Below are positions 58,161 to 64,000 of a stretch of DNA of 64,000 nt, one piece after another. Under the pieces are notes generated by a model, which saw nothing but the letters and a program-made list of their open reading frames with translations, made no database searches and was not told the origin of the DNA. The position numbers were made by a program, and so were the translations under genes. Source of the stretch: Mytilus trossulus (Eukaryota); NCBI RefSeq assembly GCF_036588685.1, contig NW_026963340.1, forward strand, positions 2,790,001 to 2,854,000, in the 5' to 3' direction. Numbering within the stretch: position 1 is the stretch's first letter; each line of letters begins with the position of its first letter.

Positions 58161-58401
58161 ACATGGAGTCTTTAACACTTGGAATGGTATCTTTAACAAA
58201 ATAATATGACAAGCAACAAAACACAGATCGGCCTTTAATACCCTTATACCCGGAAAAAAACCCTGACATATACGATACGACCCCCCCCCCCCTTTATACA
58301 ATATGATACTACACGAAGCATACACTGAAAGTAAAAAATAACAAAATAAACAAAGAGAGATGAAAGGTTTACAAGTAGCTTTAAAACAATGTGTAACTCG
58401 T

Positions 58402-58798
58402 CATTTTCTACATAACTTGAAAAAAAACCGTACTAAGTCAGAAATATGTAAAAAAAAATATACATTCGTTTGAAGAGTTTGAGCGTTTGATTTTTGCCAT
58501 CATTTTCTACATAACTTGAAAAATGCCCGTACTAAGTCAGAAATATGAAGAAAAAAAATATACATTCGTTTGAAGAGTTTGAGCGTTTGATTTTTGCCAT
58601 CATTTTCTACATAACTTGAAAAATGCCCGTACTAAGTCAGAAATATGAAGAAAAAAATATACATTCGTTTGAAGAGTTTGAGCGTTTGATTTTTGCCATC
58701 ATTTTCTACATAACTTGAAAAATGCCCGTACTAAGTCAGAAATATGAAGAAAAAAATATACATTCGTTTGAAGAGTTTGAGCGTTTGATTTTTGCCAT
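58402..58798. repeat. ~99-bp tandem repeat x4 derived from a dispersed repeat
   Basis: Unit cattttctacataacttgaaaaatgcccgtactaagtcag...gatttttgccat at 58402, 58501, 58601, 58700. Confidence 0.9.
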
Positions 58799-58998
58799 TT
58801 CATTAGGGACTCTCCGTTTTGGACTTTCCTCAGGGTTCATTCTTTTTTTTTATTTTGCTATTTATACATGTATATATGATATATATATTTTTCATTTCTG
58901 CGCAGCCTGTGTTGGATGCTGATAAGCCTGATTGCTGTCGAGATCATTGAATTTTCGGTCACCTTCCTTACTGGGCATTCTTTCCTCTACGATTGTAT

Positions 58999-59229
58999 TT
59001 TTATGCCCCATCTACGATAGTAGAGGTGCATTATGTTTTCTGGTATGTGCGTCCGTTCGTCCGTCCGTCTGTTCGTTCGTTCGTCTGTCCCGCTTCACGG
59101 GTTAAAGTTTTTGGTCGAGGTAGTTTTTGATGAAGTTGAAGTCCAATCAACCTGAAACTTAGTATACATGTCAATTCCTTATAATATGATCTTTCTAATT
59201 TTAATGCCAAATTAGACACATTCTTGTTT
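58999..59229 (+). mobile_element. Internally deleted HINE-like element
   Basis: Same ends and microsatellite as 41881-42303. Confidence 0.6.
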
Positions 59230-59497
59230 CTTGTTTTCTTCGTCCATGTTTCAAAGTTTATCATCCAGTTTTTTTTCGTTTTCCTTTATTTGTGTTCATT
59301 TTGCTTTTGTTTCTTTTTTTCTCGTATTTTTTTTTAAGCAAACGACCGGGTGTGGTGTTTTTTTCCTCACAAATGTGCGCAACCCTTATCATAATAAAAG
59401 AATATATATACGTAAATGTATTATTTTATGTAAATACTATTGACCTTCCTATTGACCTCAACAACATATAAAAGCCCCCCCCCCCCCTCATAAAAGA

Positions 59498-60204
59498 GAG
59501 CCGTGGTGTAGTGGTTAGTGCATCGGACTACTAACACAAAGGTTCCTGGTTCGATTCCCGTTTGGGATGGAAATTTCAGGAACTCAATTTTCGGCTCTCC
59601 CTTGACACCATCACAGGTATTTGGGGCATGGACCCCCTTTTTTGTACCTCACTAAAAAAAATATTGTTTATTGTTTTTTTTATTTATTTACAATATTCTA
59701 CAATGTATAAACATATATCAAGTCTCAACAATCCATTGCTAGTCGATTACAATATTTTTTTTACTATCCATACGAGCCCAAGTATTTTTCACTTGGGCTC
59801 GTATGGATAGTAAAAAAAATATTGTAATCGACTAGCAATGGATTATTGAGACTTGATATATGTTTATACATTGTAGAATATTGTAAATAAATAAAAAAAA
59901 CAATAAACAATATTTTTTTTAGTGAGGTACAAAAAAGGGGGGTCCATGCCCCAAATACCTGTGGACACCATCTGCGAGTATGGTCTTGAGGAAACGATGA
60001 TAGTCCGTCGGAAAGGGACGATAAATGGCTGACCCGTGTTAAGAGAGAGCCACATCTCTTGCACGTTAAAGACACCATTGTAGATTTCGAAAAAGAGTAG
60101 GCTAATGCCGCTACAAGGCAGGACTCGCACCCGCAAAGTGGAAAGGGATTAATATAAGTTGCACAACTTGTTTTCCAATCCACTATAAATAAATATGTTT
60201 AAAC
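59498..60204 (+). mobile_element. tRNA-derived SINE with Nin/Deu-like core, interrupted by a foldback element
   Basis: A box TGGTGTAGTGG, B box GGTTCGATTCC; core ggacgataaa...gcacgttaaagacacc...tttcgaaaaagagtagg resembles the Deu/Nin domain; TAAAAGA on both flanks. Confidence 0.75.
59612..59963. mobile_element. 352-bp foldback MITE with 8-bp TSD
   Basis: Arms 59612-59783 and 59791-59963 are near-perfect inverted repeats with a 7-nt spacer; GACACCAT duplicated at 59604-11 and 59964-71. Confidence 0.9.
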
Positions 60205-60601
60205 TAAAAGAAATATTAATATTTTTACCAAAAGTCTCAGTAGGCTGAGTAGCTGACAACACAGTGGGAGTGTCATTTAATAATGCTGTCAATCAGACAT
60301 ATATCTGTATCAATCAAGTAATTTTTTCCTTCGTTATTGTTCTTTTGTATTTGTATAATATGTGTTATGCTATAATTCCCTTGTATTTAAAAAAAGTATA
60401 TTATGATAAGATAAGATAAGATAAATTTTATTTTCCAAATTAGGTCCCCAGGGGGGCATATACACATAACATATATGATTGATACAACATATACAGTATT
60501 TTACATAACATTGTAAAATAAACTATTGAAATAGTCATACAGGTATTATTTGTTAAATAAAAAAGTATTTGAGAGTTGCTACTCCAGAGATGTGGCAAAC
60601 C

Positions 60602-60632
<31 letters not shown>

Positions 60633-60829
60633 CTCACTTGATTTTATAATATTTTGCTGAAAATGTATAAATATAAAGTATAAAATAAATGATTGTTTAG
60701 CTGCAACAGACACCAAGGGACGATGCTCTAGGATTGTGATCTTAAAAGCTCTAACAATCCTCCTCGTATCTGATGCAGAAAAACAAACACAAATGAAAAA
60801 AGTTTATGTATATTCACAGCAAATAACAC

Positions 60830-61395
60830 GGTACCACGATTTCCCGAAAACTACGAGAACAACATAATATCCCGAAAACAAGATTATATATCCCGAGAAC
60901 AAGATTTTTTATGGTGTTATATGTGTTTTTTTGCTTAAATAAGTGTAACAGCATACAATGATTAAGGTTTATGGCGTTCATAATTAATAAAAGTACACGC
61001 AATCTTCAGAAAAAGAAACAACACCAAGCTTTAGCTTAAAAGTAGATATTTGGAGAAAATTGTACAGTAATTACAGCATTTAATTATATCATAAGAAAAC
61101 AATATAATTACTAAGATTTTGAAAACATGTTATTTTAGTAAACACTTTGACGAATCATAATTTATTTCATTTTATCAACAATAACAATAACGATATAAAT
61201 AAAATTTATTAACAATAGAGACATATAATTAATTAACAAAAATCAGTTTTTATATGAATGTTTAACATTTTTTTTTAATAAAATCTATTCTTTCAGTACA
61301 TTTGATACTTTTCTTTTCTGTCAGTTCTTCTAAGATCTTGTTCTTGTTTTCGGGATATTATGTTGTTCTCGTAGTTCTCGGGAAATCGTGGTACC
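60830..61395. mobile_element. MITE-like element with ~55-bp inverted ends
   Basis: ggtaccacgatttcccgaaaactacgagaacaacataatatcccgaaaacaaga and its reverse complement at ~61340-61395; no clear TSD. Confidence 0.65.
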
Positions 61396-64000
61396 CCAGA
61401 CAACATATACTGCAGTAAACAAGTATTGAGAATAGTGTAGGTTTCCCTACTGCAACAGACACCAAGGGGCGGTACTCAAGGAGCTGTGGTATTTACACAG
61501 TCCTCCTCGTGTCTGAAGCAGACAAGAAGGCCACATAATTAACAATTTTTCGAAATAAATTTACATGCAGCAGTGAGAATAGACTTATGTATTATCATAG
61601 GTTTAAAAATTGCGCGAAAACTCAGTTATCTCCCTTAGCGAGCACTTGCAAATATTACTACGCTTATGTCAATATTTTATGCAACAGACAGTCTGTTATC
61701 GTTATTTGCATCAGTATTTGTATCAACTATAATTTTCATATCAACATAGCAGAATTGGAATATTTAATAAAATTGCGTTTATTTTGTTAATTATAATCTA
61801 AATAACATTGACATATTTCGTGTCGTAAGTTTATTATCATCTGCCATGCGGTCAAAATGAAAATATAAACAAAAGGAGTAAGAAATCATGAGCTTTAATT
61901 TGACTGATTAAATCTCAATTAATGATTAGAAGATCTTTGTATGTGTGCAAGAGATAGTGAAAGGAGTTCATGACGTGTTTGCAATGATGCTCCAAAAGGC
62001 ACGGCGTATTCTTTGTTCTATTTAATCCGGACAAATTATGGTCGATGAGGTCATTTAGATATTTACTTTCAGACCGTAAATAAAAAGTGAAGACACTACT
62101 CGTTGGACAGACCTTTATTGTGGATAAAGACATATAGATGCTATACACTTTTATTGGATATTATATTGGAAGGTAATGGTGACAATTTAAAACTACAAAT
62201 AGTGACCTGTGTTTGGAATTACCCAAAAAGGGGGAGGGTCAAGAGAAAACTGATGCACAAGATTATTATCATGTATTATCCTTTGCTATCACTAACCCTG
62301 GTAAACATTATAAAACTAATTAAAAAAGATTTATAAAGACAAAGTCACATTTATATATTTAACTTAAACAATATGTCAGAAGAGGAAAGTAAAACTACAT
62401 TTATTCCTTGACCCTAGCTTCATTTTCCACTTTCCCCTTCAGAATCAGGCTTATTGAAATCATTTCAGTTGCAAACTACAAGGGTAGGCTTATAACAGTA
62501 AATAATGACATACATGAAAATCATGCAAATTTCGGCATTTAAGCTCAATATCTGATTCAAGTCAGTAAGTACAAATTCAGGATTAAAAGTAATTTCTTAA
62601 CCAATTCTAGGCACGGAAATTATATACAGGACTGGGTTCGTGTTATGCTTGATGTAGGTGTGATGTAAGCAATAAATACATCCATCACAAACAGTCTGGG
62701 GTAACACTAATATTTTTTATTTACAAATACAATGTATACAGGTACAGGTAAACTATTTTTAAGGTAGAGTTATATCCCTTAGACATAATTTTTTTACTCA
62801 CATGTATATAAAAAACAAAGTCCAATTTTCTCTTGACTACATTGATGTAATACAACTCATTGAAAAACCTCTAGATTGCTATTGAAAGAATGTAATGTGT
62901 ACTTTAAATCTGCTGTTAGTTTCTGTGTAAAGATCTCAAGACAAAGGTTAAACTCTGATTAAAAAATTAGCAAACCAGGAAAAAATGGTTCAAGCATGTC
63001 TCGACTTTATATAAGTTAGAATTTAATTTTATTTAAGTAAGGAGATTATTCTAACTTTAAAAAAAAGAGAAAAATGTTACATTTTGTAAATTTGGTAGAT
63101 TTTGTAAATATTCATGAATTACATCGGATGATCCTACATGTACATGTATAGCTAAAATTCATGGAACTTCATGATATTGGACAGAAGCTACATTCAAGAC
63201 CCATAGGTGGCCTGCTCTATGGTTGGGTTGTTTTCGCTTTGACACATTCCGCAATTTCCATTATCAATTTTATTACATGCATACACATGATATATGTTGG
63301 TGTAACTGACCGTGCAAGGGCTGTATAGCCAGTCAAGGTCGTTAAAAACTTCCATTTGTTGTATATGTTGGTGACCTTCTGTTGTTGTCTGTTCTATGGT
63401 CAGGTTGTTGTCTCTCTGATACATTCACCATTTCCATTCTCAATTTTACATGTAAATGTATGACCAAAAGACAATATTCATATTTAAAATTTTGCATGTT
63501 TAGCAATGAAAAAAAAAGGCACATCTGGCCAAGGCTTATCATTTTAATGAAATACATTGAAGTCAGCCCACTCCAACATGTCCAAATTCTAAGATTCACA
63601 TTACACTGTACATATAGATTTGAATCCTCTAACATCCTGATATTACAGGTCTTTGTCATCTTTTCATTGCAAAACATGCAAAATTTTAGATAATACATGT
63701 ACATGTATGAGACTCTTGGCAATAAATCATTCATTTCTAATTATTATTTCATTCCCAAAGCTGCATACATTGTACATGTAAAATTGTACGTAAGTAACGT
63801 AACGTGTACCATGAAAGCTCCAGTTAGATTTGGTTTTATTGATTTACTTGTTTAACTTGATATCCTTCAGGTACTAAATGTATATACATGTATATATTAG
63901 ACCGTTGGTTTTCCCGTATGAATGGGTTTTACACTAGTAATTTTGGGGCCCTTCATAGCTTGTTGTTTGTGAACCAAGGCTCTGTGTTGAAGGCCGTACA

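Noticed and set aside
59498-59570. tRNA gene
   Set aside because: A/B boxes are present but the acceptor stem pairs poorly and the sequence continues into a SINE body with a flanking duplication
59562-60183. Two ORFs with near-identical peptides on opposite strands
   Set aside because: Artefact of the foldback palindrome
62400-62470. C/D-box snoRNA-like segment on the minus strand
   Set aside because: No proper RUGAUGA C box or convincing terminal stem

Overview
AT-rich animal genomic DNA, probably a bivalve and Mytilus-like (inferred from the repeat families). It holds (i) a cysteine-rich secreted protein gene with a stanniocalcin-like domain and a decayed transmembrane exon; (ii) a head-to-head pair DERL2 (minus, 6 coding exons) and SUDS3 (plus, 9 coding exons), each with a U12 minor-spliceosome intron; (iii) an intact, very young 9.9-kb Ty3/Gypsy LTR retrotransposon (identical 245-bp LTRs, CTGT target duplication, -1 gag-pol frameshift signal) inserted antisense in SUDS3 intron 1; (iv) a ~10-unit tandem array of ~355-bp repeats carrying type I hammerhead ribozyme motifs (retrozyme-like) beside a Penelope-like RT relic; and (v) many MITEs, Helentron-like elements, a SINE split by a foldback element, and minisatellites. 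The standout is the retrotransposon's third ORF. It sits where env would be but encodes a zinc-finger + TatD nuclease protein with all metal-binding motifs intact, and a splice acceptor lies 1 nt before its ATG.
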